64,000 bases of DNA from Octopus sinensis (taxonomy: Eukaryota). The position numbers were made by a program, and so were the translations under genes. Below the pieces are notes generated by a model. The model did no database searches, was not told the origin of the DNA, and saw only the letters and a list, made by a program, of their open reading frames with translations. This document shows, in pieces, positions 39,368 through 53,261 of the stretch (positions within the stretch are counted from its first letter, which is position 1; each line of letters begins with the position of its first letter). The stretch covers positions 136,028,001 to 136,092,000 of the forward strand of contig NC_042999.1 in the NCBI RefSeq assembly GCF_006345805.1, read 5' to 3'.

Positions 39368-41658
39368 AAGGGTGCTGACAAGGCTCACATGGCTGCAAAT
39401 CAATTACTGAACAAAAAGGGGTGCTGGTGAGGCTCATATGGATGCAAAGGCCAACTCTTAATCAACCACTGAACAAAAAGGATGCCAACGAGGCTCAGAT
39501 GGATGCAAAGACCAACTCTTAATCAATCACATGATCCTTGAGAATTGTCATAACAAACGCAGAAATCTCAGTTCTGCATGGATTAATTATAAAAAGGCCT
39601 TTGACAGCATACTACTTTCATGGATCTTGAAATCGCTGGATATCTTCAACATTTCTCCTGTGATTTCAAACTTCCTGAAGTACAGCATGTTAGTGTGGAA
39701 TACGAATCTCCAATTATACTACTCTAATGGAATATCAATCACAAAAAATGTTAATATCAACTGCGGCATTTTCCAAGGTGACTCACTTTCACCTATAATT
39801 TTTTGCATAGCCCTAATGCCCCTTACAAGTGAACTTAACAAAACAGGGTATGGATATAAAATTGGCAACAAGAAAATAAGTCACCTATTTTATATGAATG
39901 ACTTAAAACTCTATGGCAAAGATGATAATGAGCTTGAAGGACTACTATGTATGGTGAAAGCATTCAGTGATGACATTGGGGTGGAATTTAGTCTTGATAA
40001 ATGTGCCAAGGACACTTTTCAGAAAGGGAAATTGAAGACCTCACATTCAGTTGTGTTGAATGTTGATACAGTCATAAAAGAACTTATGCAGGGACAAACT
40101 TACAAATACCTTGGTATAAATGAGGGCACTGGCATTTAGCATGCAAGCATGAAAGATCAGGAAGGAATGTTACAGGAGAGTTCGAGCAGTCCTAGATCTG
40201 AGTTAAATGCACATTATAAGGTGTTAGATCTAAATTCCTTAGCAGTTTTAGTTGTTATTTACAGTTTCAATGTGTTGAACTGGGATATGAGTGAAATAAG
40301 GAAGATAGTCAGGAAAATCCATAAGCTGTTGACTTGCAATAAGATGCACCACCCGAAGGCAGACACAGATTGTCTTTACCAGAGCTCAAGGAGGTTAAGG
40401 GTTGATCCAGTATGAAATCTACAAAACCACCACAATAGGACTGGCAAAATATCTTGAATCATTTAATGACTCAATGCTAAAGCTCACTGGAAACCATGAA
40501 AGACGTTAGAAGCTTCATTTTGTTACAAAGGAGAGCAAAGAATTTTCAAGTGAATTTATGCATAATATCCAAGTTGAACAGCATGATGGAAGTGTAGTGA
40601 TTGTAGTTGCAAAGGAGATGAAATCAATAGCAAAGCAAAATGTGTTTGAACACTTGGCTGATAGGTGGGAACAAAGACCTCTGCATGGCAAATATGTGGC
40701 CTGTAACAAACAAGCTGATGTTGACCAGAAGTACACCCATCAATGGCTATGGAGCTCAGAGAAGACTTTATCTTGGCTGCTCAAGATCAGAGCTTTCTGA
40801 CCCAGAACTATCAAGCCAAAGTGATGAAAAATAGTGTGTAGACCCAAAGTGCTGATACTGCAACAAAGGGATTGAAACAGTTGACCATCTAATCTCTAGA
40901 TGTAAGGTTTTAGCACCTGTAGAGTACAAATCAAGACATGACAGAGTTGGCCAATAACTACATTAGATAATGTGTTGGCATTATAAAATCAAAACTGCTG
41001 ACAAATGGTTCAAGCATCACTCTGAGGATGTAACTGAGGAAGAAAATGTAATGATTCTTTGGGACTTTCCAGTATGTACAGACCGGATCATCAAAGCAAA
41101 TAAACCAGATATTGTTCTGGAAGACCAAAACAATAAAATCTGTTTATTGATTGACGTGAGCATACCCTGTGATTATAATATCTCAGCAAAAGTATTTGAT
41201 AAGCTCAGAAAATATAAAGATTTGCTAATCAAAGTCAGTCGAAAAGTTGTGGCATCTCAAGATGGTTACAATACCAGTGATTATAGGAGCACTTGGAATG
41301 ATCAGAAAAGGAACTGAAAATTATTTAAGAATGGTCTCTGGCTTACCATCCATATAAGAAGTACAAAAAATTGTCTTAAATGGTACATCACATGTACTGA
41401 GAAGAGCATTGTCGCTGTGAATTTTCTTTCTTTTTTCTCCTTTATTTTCTTTGTTTACTTTTTTATTTTTTTTCCTTTTTCCCCTCTGTTTTTCTTCCCC
41501 TTTTTCTCTATTACATGACTTTGTAAATGAACAATCTGATGTGTTTATTTTAATGGCCTACCAATATATACAGTGTGTTTCTCTGCCTTAGGTGTCAGGA
41601 AGACACTTGGCAAAAAATGGAAACAAAATTGAAAGAAGATGATAATGAAAATAATAAT
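39368..41658 (+). mobile_element. 5-prime-truncated R4/Dong-like non-LTR retrotransposon (RT, CCHC knuckle, restriction-like endonuclease), disrupted
   Basis: WINYKKAFDS, GIFQGDSLSP, HLFYMNDLKLY, C*YCNKGIETVDHLISRC, and ILWDF..TDR.IKANKPDIV..LIDVSIP.D.N..K..KYKDL, with stops and frameshifts. Confidence 0.9.
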
Positions 41659-42329
41659 CCTTTCTACGATAGAAACAAGGCCTGAAATTTTGTGAGAGGG
41701 GGGCTAGTCAATTAAATCGACCCCAGTGCTCAAATGGTACTTATTTCACTGACCATGAAAGGATGAAAGGCAAAATCGGCCTCAGCAGAATTTGAACTCT
41801 GAACATAGCAACAGATGAAATACTGCAAAGCATTTTGCCTGGTGTGCTAGCGATTCTGCCAGCTTACTGCCTTCCATGATAACCAACAGTGATGATAATG
41901 ATAAAAAATAATACTAATAATAATGATGATTTCAAATTTTGGCACAGGACCAGTAGTTTCTGAGGGGAGGGGAAGTTGACTACATCACCCCCTGGATAAC
42001 TTGTACTTATTTTATCAACCCCCATATGGCTGTAAGTTCAATTCCAGGTGGTGTGTTGTGTCCTTGAGCAAGACACTTTATTTCATGTTGCCCCAGTCCA
42101 CTCAGCTAGTAAAAATGAGTACTACCTGTATTTCAAAGGTTCGGCCTTGTCACACTGAATCTCCCTGAGAACTATGTTAAGAGTACATGTGTCTGTGAAG
42201 TGCTCAGCCACTTGTATGCTAATTTTATGAGCAGGCTGTTCTGTTGATCAGATCAACTGGAACACTTAATGTCATAATTGATAGAGTACCAGTTATATAG
42301 GAAGTGTTTCTTGTTTGTCACCTTGCCTG

Positions 42330-43290
42330 TGATTCCACTACATCTTTTGAGTATTAAAATTTACATTAGACATCCAGTGTAGAATCCCTACGATAGCTAT
42401 TTGAATTCTTATGTAATAGCATGGAGAACTATAATTGATAAGAGGCTGCAGGGAACAGCCTTGACAGACACCTACTTGCATGCTAAATTCCTTGTTAAAT
42501 TCATTGCTAACTCACTTTACTGATAGCATCTCTGTACATGACTTGTATGGCTCTCACAAATCTTTCATCTACATTCATCAGCTTTTTTAGTGACTGCAAG
42601 ACTACGGATTGTGGAATCCTGTCAAAGGCTTTCTCCAGATAACAAATGCTAGCTAAGTTACTCTAGGTTAAGACTCTCTCTTGAAGTTTTCTCATTAAGA
42701 AGAGAGCACTTGTGGTTCACACCCCAGTCACAGATTCAAGCTGTATCTCATCTAAGCAAATTTTTTACCTAATTTAGTTTGCTATAACTTTGTTACTTTT
42801 GTAACTTGGTCTATCACCTTAATATCTATGTAGTTGCTCCTTTCTAATAACATCTCTTTTGCTCTTAAACAATCAATGAGAATGCAGCTCTGATAATCAG
42901 TGAATCAGGTAGTACTTCCCTGTTCTACCTGATTCACTGTGTGACCTGAGTATGCTTTACTTTGTTATATATTTTTAGCATCTATGTGACTAATCCCTGA
43001 TAGTGAAGTTGCTTTTCTTTAGCTTTATATCATTAATGACACTTTTGACAGTGTGGCTACCAACTTCAAAAGCTGGTTCCTATGTTGGATCTACTTGGAG
43101 TAACCTCTAGCTCCCTCATACACTCTCCTTAATCAGCAACTTTCACTGGAGAATTTCCATGCTTCTTTCCCCTATCTCAGTGTTGGAAAGGTTGAGTGTG
43201 CACCCTATCATTATGTGTAAAAGTTTTGGGCTTTCTTAAAAGGTTGAGATTACTCTTCTACCATTGAGCTATTTCAGTATCTACACATGA
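42330..43290 (-). mobile_element. Degenerate RTE LINE fragment
   Basis: Minus strand near 42620 reads LEKAFDRIPQSV. The surrounding sequence resembles the 25990 element. Confidence 0.6.
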
Positions 43291-45543
43291 TCTTCATTTA
43301 AACATGAGTGCTCTATCAAAGCTCTAAGTCCAAATCACATATAACATCTCTGAAGACTACAAAAGGATGGCCTTTCCAAACATCTTTCAAAAGAAATTTA
43401 TTTTGGAAATACATATTTAGATTCAAACATACAAATATAACTCACTTATTGTGGTTGATGCATTTATGCTGTCACTACAACTATGCTATGAATCCTCAAC
43501 AAAATCCACTTGTTATATTAATGTTCTTATACCAGTATATTCCATATTTGATAGAATTGCATTAAATCTTCACATATGTACTCTTTGTGATTTGTCTGTG
43601 TGTTTTGATGTTGATTTGATTAGAAGATGAAATCACTAATAAATTCTTTCTAGAAATATTCTTCCTTACTACAGATTTGTAACTCAGTACAGCACCAGTC
43701 TGAGACAGAAATAAGAAACAGACCAGCTTACTAAACTTAAACCATGTATTTATCTTTTGCCAGGCAACACTGTTACTGACTATACTACAAAGCTTACAAT
43801 GTCTAACTGAACAGCAGACAATTTGTGAACTTCTACAGATTTGTTTAGGGATCAATTTCCCCTCATAGGTTGAGAAAAAAAAACTCTCTTATACTCATGT
43901 TCTGGTTACCACAGTATTCTTAAATGAACGTTTACTAAGAATCATGAAGAAAATGCAAATGTAGACCTAAGTCCAGTAAAAAAAGAAAAGACTTTTCTAA
44001 CTTCACTTGCTATTTTTTATAATGCTTTCATCACAAACATTCTGAAGTAGAGAAATCAATTAACAAAACTCTTACAATACTTACTCCTCTGTTTCCTCTC
44101 TTTACTCATGCACATGCATGAGCACACACACACACACACATGCAGGTATTACTACTTTATTACTATTCTCAACATTTTTCAAGAAAACATGTTCACTGCC
44201 AAATTTCCAAGTACATTTTTGAAACACCTTTCCAAGTTATTTTCCCATTTGGTACTATTTCAAAATGTAGGCTATGACTAATTTGTACACAGAAAGTGTT
44301 ACTGATGATATTAGTAAAGATGCTATCTCTGATATCTTTCATGCTATCAATTTTTCATTGTAGCTTGTGCCACATTAGTCTAACAAAGTCTTTAGTCTTC
44401 ACTTATCTTTGTACATCTCTTTAAATGAAACATAAGATGGCAAGACGTCAAACAACTGTCATATTTAGCAAAGAATTTGGACTGTCATACACATTGTACA
44501 TATCTAATTCATGTTTCAAAATGTAGAGGTGTGACTGCTGTGTAGGTAAGCTACTACACTATCAGTCCACAGGTTTTAAGTTCAAACAAATTGCAGATAT
44601 TTTATTTTATTTTCAGGCAAAATTTTTTAAATGTGACCTCAGTTTATCAAAGCAAGCAGAGGCACAAGCACTTATAGGGAATATTGCCTCTAGCAGACTA
44701 GTGTCCTTTGTAGTGGGGGGACATTTATCTTTCATCTGCTTCTTTTGCAACTGTAAAACTGGAGATAATAAAGGCTTAGAATATATTCATATGCTGTCAT
44801 AAATATTACCCTTTTCCTCTCAATTCTAAATGCAGTAAAAGGTATAAATATCAATAAGGAAGTGTTCAAGATATAAATATCAGTGACTTATTAAGGAAGC
44901 TATCATTGTGTCAAAAGTTGAAATAAGACTTGCTGTCCAAGTCCTGCAGGCTAATTTGAATACATAGAGCTGTTCAATACTTTTATCTGCAGAGTGATGA
45001 GAATATCATGTGAGAATTATCTCTTAAGATGGCTTTAGGTATTCTCAAAAATACCGTCTATAGTTTAGCAAGACAGCTTGTTCTTTTTTTGGCCATATTC
45101 CTATAATATAAATACACTTCAATATGAAATATGGTACTGCCATTATCAATAATATAGGAAGTGAACAGAATAATTAGTCAACTAAAATAGAACACAATAA
45201 TTATCAGTGTAAATGGAGATACTCATATTAATATTACTCTGTAATTACTTTGTTCTTTTTCCAGACTTCCATGGCAACTTCAATAAATATTGTCTTGTTA
45301 TTTTCTGAAAATGTAACTTCAAAACCTATAGGATAATGTAAATAATCTGAGACTATGATACAAGTTCAATTCTTGATTGAGAGATATCACGTTACCTTCT
45401 CCCTTGCATTTTGGATGTCTGGTTTTCATTGAAAGGATGGAGAAAGATGGAAGGTAGTTGTTCAAGGATACCCTTGATATATTAAATGAAGACAGAATCT
45501 ACAAGGGTGGTCCAAAAACATTATAGGACATTGTTCAATTAAA

Positions 45544-45580
<37 letters not shown>

Positions 45581-46613
45581 ACATAGGTGGAAGCCAAAGA
45601 AAACAAGCAAGGGAAAAGTGTGGAAATCAATTGAAGACTTAATATTTGAAAGCTCATGCTTTTTATCATGGTAAGCAAATTGAATGGAAGGCCAATGGAA
45701 AGAAAGTATTGCTCTCAATATTTGAGCTTCTTTTTAAGCAATGTCCAACTTTTGCACATGCATGGAACATAATAGATACTTTGGAATCACGTGACTTACA
45801 CGAAGGATAGAAACATATTTTAGGATCCATTGATTCATAGATATAGAATTGAATATCTGAACAGATACATCATTAGAAATGTCAACTGCAATTTATGTTT
45901 TAACAACCTAATATAATTAGAGATATACAAAAGCTAGCAAAAATGTGTAAAAACTTATACATTCTTAGAGATGGAATATTGTGCTTGGCTATCTGAAAAA
46001 GCAATAGGCAAAGAGAACAAAAAAATTCAAAAGTAAAAAGCCATTTTTAAAAAGACAAAGATGTATATTAATTTAAAAAAAAAACAACAAAAAACAAATC
46101 AGAAGGTATGTGCTAAGTTTTAGCAGCTAAGATATTGCTCAAATGGTTTCTCAATATAGTGAAGGAACAGTGGTTGGCAAAAACCATGAAACTAATTTTA
46201 AAGCATCAGTGCACACAAGCTAACCTGGTTTAATCGAGCAGCCTCTAATTTGTCACTGGAACTTTTCTGTAAAACAAAAGCAATTAAATACAGGGTCTTC
46301 ATCAGGCCTTTAGGTGAGTCAAATAGAAATTATCATTCTGAAATGAATTAAATATATGGCATTCATGAGTTGTTACAGGGCAGTAAATATAAGGTTCATA
46401 ATTTGGAGTTGAATTCTGAAGGGAAAGTAAACATTTTCATTTTAAACCAAACACATATACACTCAAGTAAACATGTAATTTCATATATAAATATTCATAT
46501 ATTTTGTGTGTATATATGCATTCATATACATATGTATACAAAACATACAAGCACATACATATGTCTATATATATGTATGTATATACACACACACACACAC
46601 ACACACAGACACA

Positions 46614-46661
<48 letters not shown>

Positions 46662-48514
46662 CTTGTTATTGTTGTTCTAGTTTCAGTAGTGTACCTGCAG
46701 CCATATTATTGAAGCATTGATATTAGAAACAATGCTCTGGGTGAAAAGAAAAATATCAATATATTGATATGTATGTATAATGATGTGATTGAACTTAGGT
46801 GATGTTGTGTTTCTTCCTTGGAGAAAGAAATATAAGTTAATATTTAAGAAATCTTACAGTATCTTTTGATATGAGGATTTACGAAGAAATGTGCTGTTAG
46901 TATTAATGCCAGTGAACTTTATGATTCTCCTGTTCCCCCTCTCTCAAAACTCTATGTGCAAATAGAAATTATACATCCAATCATAAGTAATAAATTACTA
47001 CTAGCAATGGTGAATATAATTGTGTTTCTGTGTAGAATATTTAGTGTGGAATAGACTGCTTGTTGATCATCAGTATGGTCATTGATTTAAACCTGCATTC
47101 TGTAATAGCCTGAGATGGACAGGTCCTCAACAATCCAAGCTGGTTCTTATATGGAGTTACTACTCTCATAAATGGTTTAAAAGAAAACGTTTCACTTGCA
47201 TGCTCCACTTTTGGCATGGCTTTATGACTGGATGTCCTTCCTAAAGTCAACTATTTTACAAAATGTAAAAAACAGTAAAGACCCCTTTGGTTATGAAAGA
47301 CCATGGAATGCACCTTGAAAGCTCCTCTCCAAGGCAAGATTGTTTATGGAAGACCAGCAGTAACCCATGCATACCAGCCTCTCGTCTCCATGCCACTGAT
47401 GTTATTCTTGACATCAGTGACATTGCAACTCATTTCTACAGCTGAGTGAACTGGAGCAACATGAAATAAAGTATCTTGCTCAGGAACATAGCACATAGAT
47501 TGGTCTGGGAATCAAACTCACTACCACATGATTATGAGCCTAATGCTCTTAGCACTGAGCCAAGTGCCTTCACCTACAAAGTGTATTGGCTGCATTTTAT
47601 CCTGGCACCAACACTAAAGAAGTTGCCATATCCTTGGCAAGATCCATGAGTTCTCTCTACTCTATGTTATCTTCATTCATATGCCAACCACTTTACGGAG
47701 TGTACTGGGTGCATTTTCTCATAGTACCAGCACTAGAAAAGTAGACCTGTTCCATGTAAAACTGAAAAGAATCTTCTCTTCTCATTGTTGTTTCCATTTG
47801 TCCAAGGTATATCAAACTGAAAGGGTAAAGAGAACCCATTCCTGGCTGTTAGATGTACTGTGGTATGACATTGAACCAGACTGATCTGGTAACTCTTTGT
47901 TGACAGTTAAACTGACTATTTGGCAGACTGTTGTTTGATACTGGTTCAGATTTGATCTCATACCTATTCCTGACACCTGAGGGAATTAAAGTATTGGAGT
48001 AAAAAAAAAAATAGCAAAATGCCAGCAATGGATTTGAACTCATGGCCTCTGAGAAGACAGTCAATTGCATTAACCATTTGAGCATCTCACTTGCAAAAAA
48101 CTTATTGAAATCTCAAATACTGAGATTATGAATATATTTTGACAGACAATTTGAGACATAACAAAAATACAGACAAAAAAGGGAAGAAACATTTGCATAT
48201 GAAGTAAAAACTTAAAACAAAAAATGCATAAAAAAATTTCTGAATTCCTAACAAATGGAATGTGTGGCCAAGTTTTATGTCTTGGTTGAAGTAATTTATT
48301 ATTTCGCTTGTGCCATTGATGCTCATGAGAAATGTATGAAGATGACACAATCTCATCCCTCTTCCCTGTAAATATGTGGTCTTGTATTTAAATTAGAAAT
48401 CAATACTAATTTTAGACAATCCTTTATAGGTCCCCACCCCCACCACATTTCTTCAGAATTGCAAGAGAAAAACACATTTACATATAATTCTTACATGTAT
48501 ATATTATGTATATA

Positions 48515-48574
<60 letters not shown>

Positions 48575-48588
48575 TATATGTGTATATA

Positions 48589-48667
<79 letters not shown>

Positions 48668-49489
48668 ATATGTGTGTGCATGAGTGTATATGAATTTACA
48701 TATAATTGAAATGATGTTCATGTCTTGAAAGCTCATAATAAGAGCTGTCATTATGACACACATAACAAGGGAGAGATTATATCATGAGGTCAGACTGTCA
48801 AATACAATGAAGTAGAAGCAAAGAAATAATAACTATTTTGCAACATAGAAGATAATGGATATTTTTTTCTTACTAGACATTAAGCTAATTTTTGATGGAG
48901 AGTGGTAGATTCACCAAAAATTAACCTTAGTATATTACTGTTATCTTTTTTACAACCCCATGAGGGACAAAAAAATCAAAACAAAAAAAAGCGTTTGGAT
49001 TCAGAACCAAGAGGAATGAAATTAAATACTGCAATATATTTAGTGCATCACTTCATCATTTCTGCCAACTCCACAAGCCCAGTCGAGAAAATAATTAATA
49101 TGTATAGCTATGAAGTAGATACATTGATATTATAATTTGTCAGTCTATCTTTAATTGAAGCATTAAATCACCTAATGTTAACTTGCTTGCTCACTTCTGA
49201 CTCTCCAGTTTTCTTGACCTTTACTTAAACAGGTGAAAAGTAGTATCACAAATTCAAAAGGTTATTGCTGTCTAAGAAATCTACTTAGCTACAAGATAGA
49301 TAATTACTGCAAGAGAAGTGTTTCGGAAAATAAATAACAACAACAATAAAAAAAAAACAAACAGAAAATAGAGATAATTCATTGTACTTTTGTAATTATT
49401 AAGAAATATATCTCACAGGAAAAGTATGCAAAAAGTTAAAGGAGTTCTAATTGCTGTCAAAAAAGTGTGCCCAATAGCTAAAATACAAA

Positions 49490-49703
49490 AAAACTGCTGA
49501 TTTGGAAATGGTTGCTGCTACAGAGGCCTAGTTGGTGGCCCAACCTTCCGAGTTTGTTTTAGAGTGGTCCTTAGAAAAACTGAAGGACCACTGCAATAAG
49601 TGTGTGAATCTGAGAGGGGAATATGATGAATAAAATCATAATTAACTGATCCTCCTGTATTTTCTTTTATCCAAAACCAGGAACTTTTCAGCATCCTCTC
49701 ATA
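49490..49703 (+). mobile_element. Mariner-like DNA transposon 3-prime remnant
   Basis: LEKLKDHCNKCVNLRGEYDE* resembles the mariner transposase C-terminus, followed by TIR-like gaacttttcagcatcctctca and TA. Confidence 0.6.
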
Positions 49704-51271
49704 TATAGCTAGACATAATGGAGACTTGTTCTTCTATGTCACACTTCAGTATTCTCTCATCCTTGAGGAATATGTAAAAAATAATGATGTTGCAACATGA
49801 TATCAGCAAATAATGATGATGATGATGAAAAATAATATCTTTGCTTTCAGTGACCACAACTACCTCAAAATTTATGAAAACATTACATGTGCTGTTGGAG
49901 TGAAAGAAGAATATTTGTTAAGCTCTTAGATAATACAGTACTGAGAATTGTCTTCATTTACCAAGTCCTTATTTAAATATTTTTGTAGTGTCAGGTTAAA
50001 GTGGAACCAATGTGTGAATACTGCACAGTGTGACTCCCTCATCTCTCAGTGCTGTTTTCCTTATCTTTTCCTCTTATATATATGTATATATATATACATA
50101 CACATAAACACACACACACACACACATACACCTTTTTTAGCTGTTACTTGTTTCAGTCATTAAACTATAGCCATGTTGGGACACGACCTTGAAGAATTTT
50201 AGTTGGAAGCAGCCCACAGAGTTGAGAGAATCACTATATATCATAAGCAAATGAATCCAAAGACCTAATCTTCAACAATGTGATTGAATTAACAACAAAA
50301 AAAAAATGTAAAAAAACATTAAAATTGGGACTCAAGTATATTTATTTTGCGGTGTATAGTAAATCATGGCTAGATGATGCAGAAACTGTATTCTGTGGAT
50401 ATAAGGATAATTATTGATTAAATATTGGATTAGTAGGCTGAGATCTACTTTCATGCTCTCCGGGTTTGTCAATAAAAAGGGGTAGGGGAAAGAAAATTTC
50501 TTTTTGGTTTTAATTTACCTGAGTTGTTTGAGAGAGTTCTGTTGATGTCTGCTTCCTGCAGGATTTCTTCAGTGATCATTGCCTGGCAATGTAATATTAC
50601 TACGAGATTTTAACAATGATCTCCTAGATAATGTTTGTTAGCTTTGCTGCACTGTTACATTCTTTGCATTCTATTTAAGTGCATATACATGCATGGGCAT
50701 CACGTCAGGTTTACAATTCACTAACAATTCAACTTATTAGCAGGAGTGTGGAGAGACATTAAAATATATTAAAAAAAAACAATCATAAAATGAATATATA
50801 TAAACCTATGAACACGGATTTTTCCAACTGTGTATGAAAAGTTGAAAACCTAAACTTAATCATATGCTCAGTTGATAAGCTTAATATTAAATTTATCCAA
50901 AACTCATATCAGTTTCTATATATTTAAAAGTAGTTAAAAACAATTATACAACTGAGAACATGTTTTTATCACAAAATTTAAAGTATGGCCATACATTTGT
51001 TTACAAAAATTGAGATTAAGAACAAAGACACCAACTGCTTAAAAATATAGCTGAAGCCAAATATATAATTAAAAAGATAACGTATAATTAAAAAAATAAC
51101 GTATAATTAAAAAAATAATGATAAAAAGTAGCTATTGAAGTGAATACTGCCCAGTTTTACAGTCCACATTGTCATCAGCAATATCATCGCTATTAACATT
51201 ATCATCATCAATGTTGGGATTGTTGTTGTCATTGTCAGTGTTGTTGTTTTAACATCCACTTTCCTATGCTT

Positions 51272-52442
51272 CACAAAAATTTTAGTGACTGCATTTGCAT
51301 CTTCTGCACCCACCTGTTACTGAGCCTGTGTCTACCTGAAGTGATTGTACATAAATCAATGCTCTACATACATTAACTCTACATGCATTAACCTAATGAA
51401 TTTGTCAAGGAGGATTTTCTCTGGCCAGATGCCCTTTCTGTTGCCAACCCTCACCTATTTCTGAGTAAGGTAATATTCCCCCACAAGACATACTTTCATG
51501 GAAGATTGGAAATAAAGTACACTACTGCTTATACATGATAGTGGCACCCGTTTACAACTATTATGTAATGTCAAGGCAAAGAAACAGTAACACACACAAA
51601 CACACACACACACACACACACACATGACGGGCGTTTTTTAGTTTCTGTTTACCAAATCCACTTGCAAGGCTTTAGTCAGCCCAGAGCTGTAGTAGAAAAT
51701 TCTTGCCCAAGGTGCCATGCAGTAGGACTGAACCCAAAACAATGTAGTTGGAGAGCAAACTTTTTGCCACATACCCGTGCTTGTGCCACATGGATGTCAA
51801 GAAAAACACATCAGGAGATGACAACATTTCAGTGAATTGTTAGTAAAGTTGAACGTAACACACATTTGTTTGCAATAGGAAAATAACTTTGAGATGTTTT
51901 TACTACTCATCAAAACACCCACTAGAACACAAACTCAGTGATCTATTATTTTGTCTACCTTTAACTATAAACAAGTATACATGAAAAATCTCTACATTAA
52001 AAAAAAATCTCTATATTAAAAAAAACAATCTCTACATTAAACTACTTAACCGCTTAAATAAAAACCTCAATAAACCTGCAATTAATGATATTGATAACCC
52101 CATAGAAATCCTCAAAAATCCACCTCCAAAAAATAACTGAATGGTAGGATTTCCAACTCTACATCAGTAAACTCAACAAAATGAACTTTACACAAGTCAA
52201 TTCTACATTGTTAAATTTGCATACATCATTCTCATTGCATAAGAGCAGGAATGAAATTTACTTGGCAGATGCACACCTAATTTTTCAGGGGGATGTTCAA
52301 AGCATTTTCATTGCCCCACAAAAATTTTAGTGACTGCATTTGCATCTTCTGTATCCACCTATTACTGAGCCTGTGTCTACCTGAAGTGATTGTACATAAA
52401 TCAATGCTCAACATACATTAACTCTACATGCATTAACCTAAT
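51272..52442 (+). repeat. 126-bp direct repeat (51272-51397 and 52317-52442)
   Basis: 4 mismatches by manual alignment. Confidence 0.92.
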
Positions 52443-52607
52443 ATGTATCAACCCTGCATACGTCAATTCCACATTTGTCAAATTCATGTATATCAATTCA
52501 ACATGGCAATTTCAATCTAATACTGCTTCTATTGCATATCACTCAATGGCGCTGTCGGTTATAATGACAAGGGTTTCAGTTGATCTGATCAACCTACTCT
52601 CTTTTAC

Positions 52608-53003
52608 TCTTTTACTTGTTTCAGTCATTTGACTGCAGCCATGCAGGAGCACTGCCTTTAATCGAGCAACTCGACTCCGGGACTTATTCTTTGTAAGCCC
52701 AGTACTTATTCTATCGGTCTCTTTTTGCCGAACCACTAAGTGACGGAGACATAAACACACCAGCATCGGTTGTCAAGCAATGCTAGGGTGACAAACACAG
52801 ACACACAAACACACACACATACATATATATATACATATATACGATGGGCTTCTTTCAGTTTCCGTCTACCAAATCCACTCACAAGGCTTTGGTCGGCCCG
52901 AGGCTATAGTAGACGACAGTTGCCCAAGATGCCACGCAGTGGGACTGAACCCGGAGCCATGTGGTTGGTTAGCAAGCTACTTACCACACAGCCACTCCTG
53001 TGC
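52608..53003 (-). mobile_element. Young full-length tRNA-headed SINE nested in an older SINE (52545-53240)
   Basis: Many CpGs retained. Host SINE sequence is present on both sides. Confidence 0.85.
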
Positions 53004-53261
53004 TTATGAAGTTCATGAAATTAATCTGCATGTGACAGAGCATTTAACATAGCTCTCAGGGAGATCCAGCATGACATGGCTGGCCCTTTGAAATACTGGT
53101 ACTACTCATTTTTGCCAGCTGAGTGGATTGGAGCAATGTGGAATAAAGTATCATGCTGAAGGATGCAATGTGTTACCAGGAATTGAACTCAGGATCTTAT
53201 GACTGTGAGTTCATCACCCTAAGCCATGTGCCATGTGTCTTCACCAAGGTATATGTACCTT

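Noticed and set aside
45500-45780. TA-CAAGGGTGGTCCAAAA resembling a Tc1/mariner TIR
   Set aside because: No matching second TIR or transposase remnant that I could confirm.
46220-46310. Minus-strand CTGATGAAGACCC resembling a hammerhead start
   Set aside because: No downstream GAAAC-NUH with a closing stem II.
47800-47980. Good minus-strand acceptor (ttccctcag) followed by open frames
   Set aside because: No recognisable protein similarity and no convincing matching donor.
50519-50582. AG/GT-bounded 64-nt segment encoding AMITEEILQEADINRTLSNNS, faintly like INETLANHPE
   Set aside because: Weak acceptor and only a few matching residues. It cannot be supported without an alignment.
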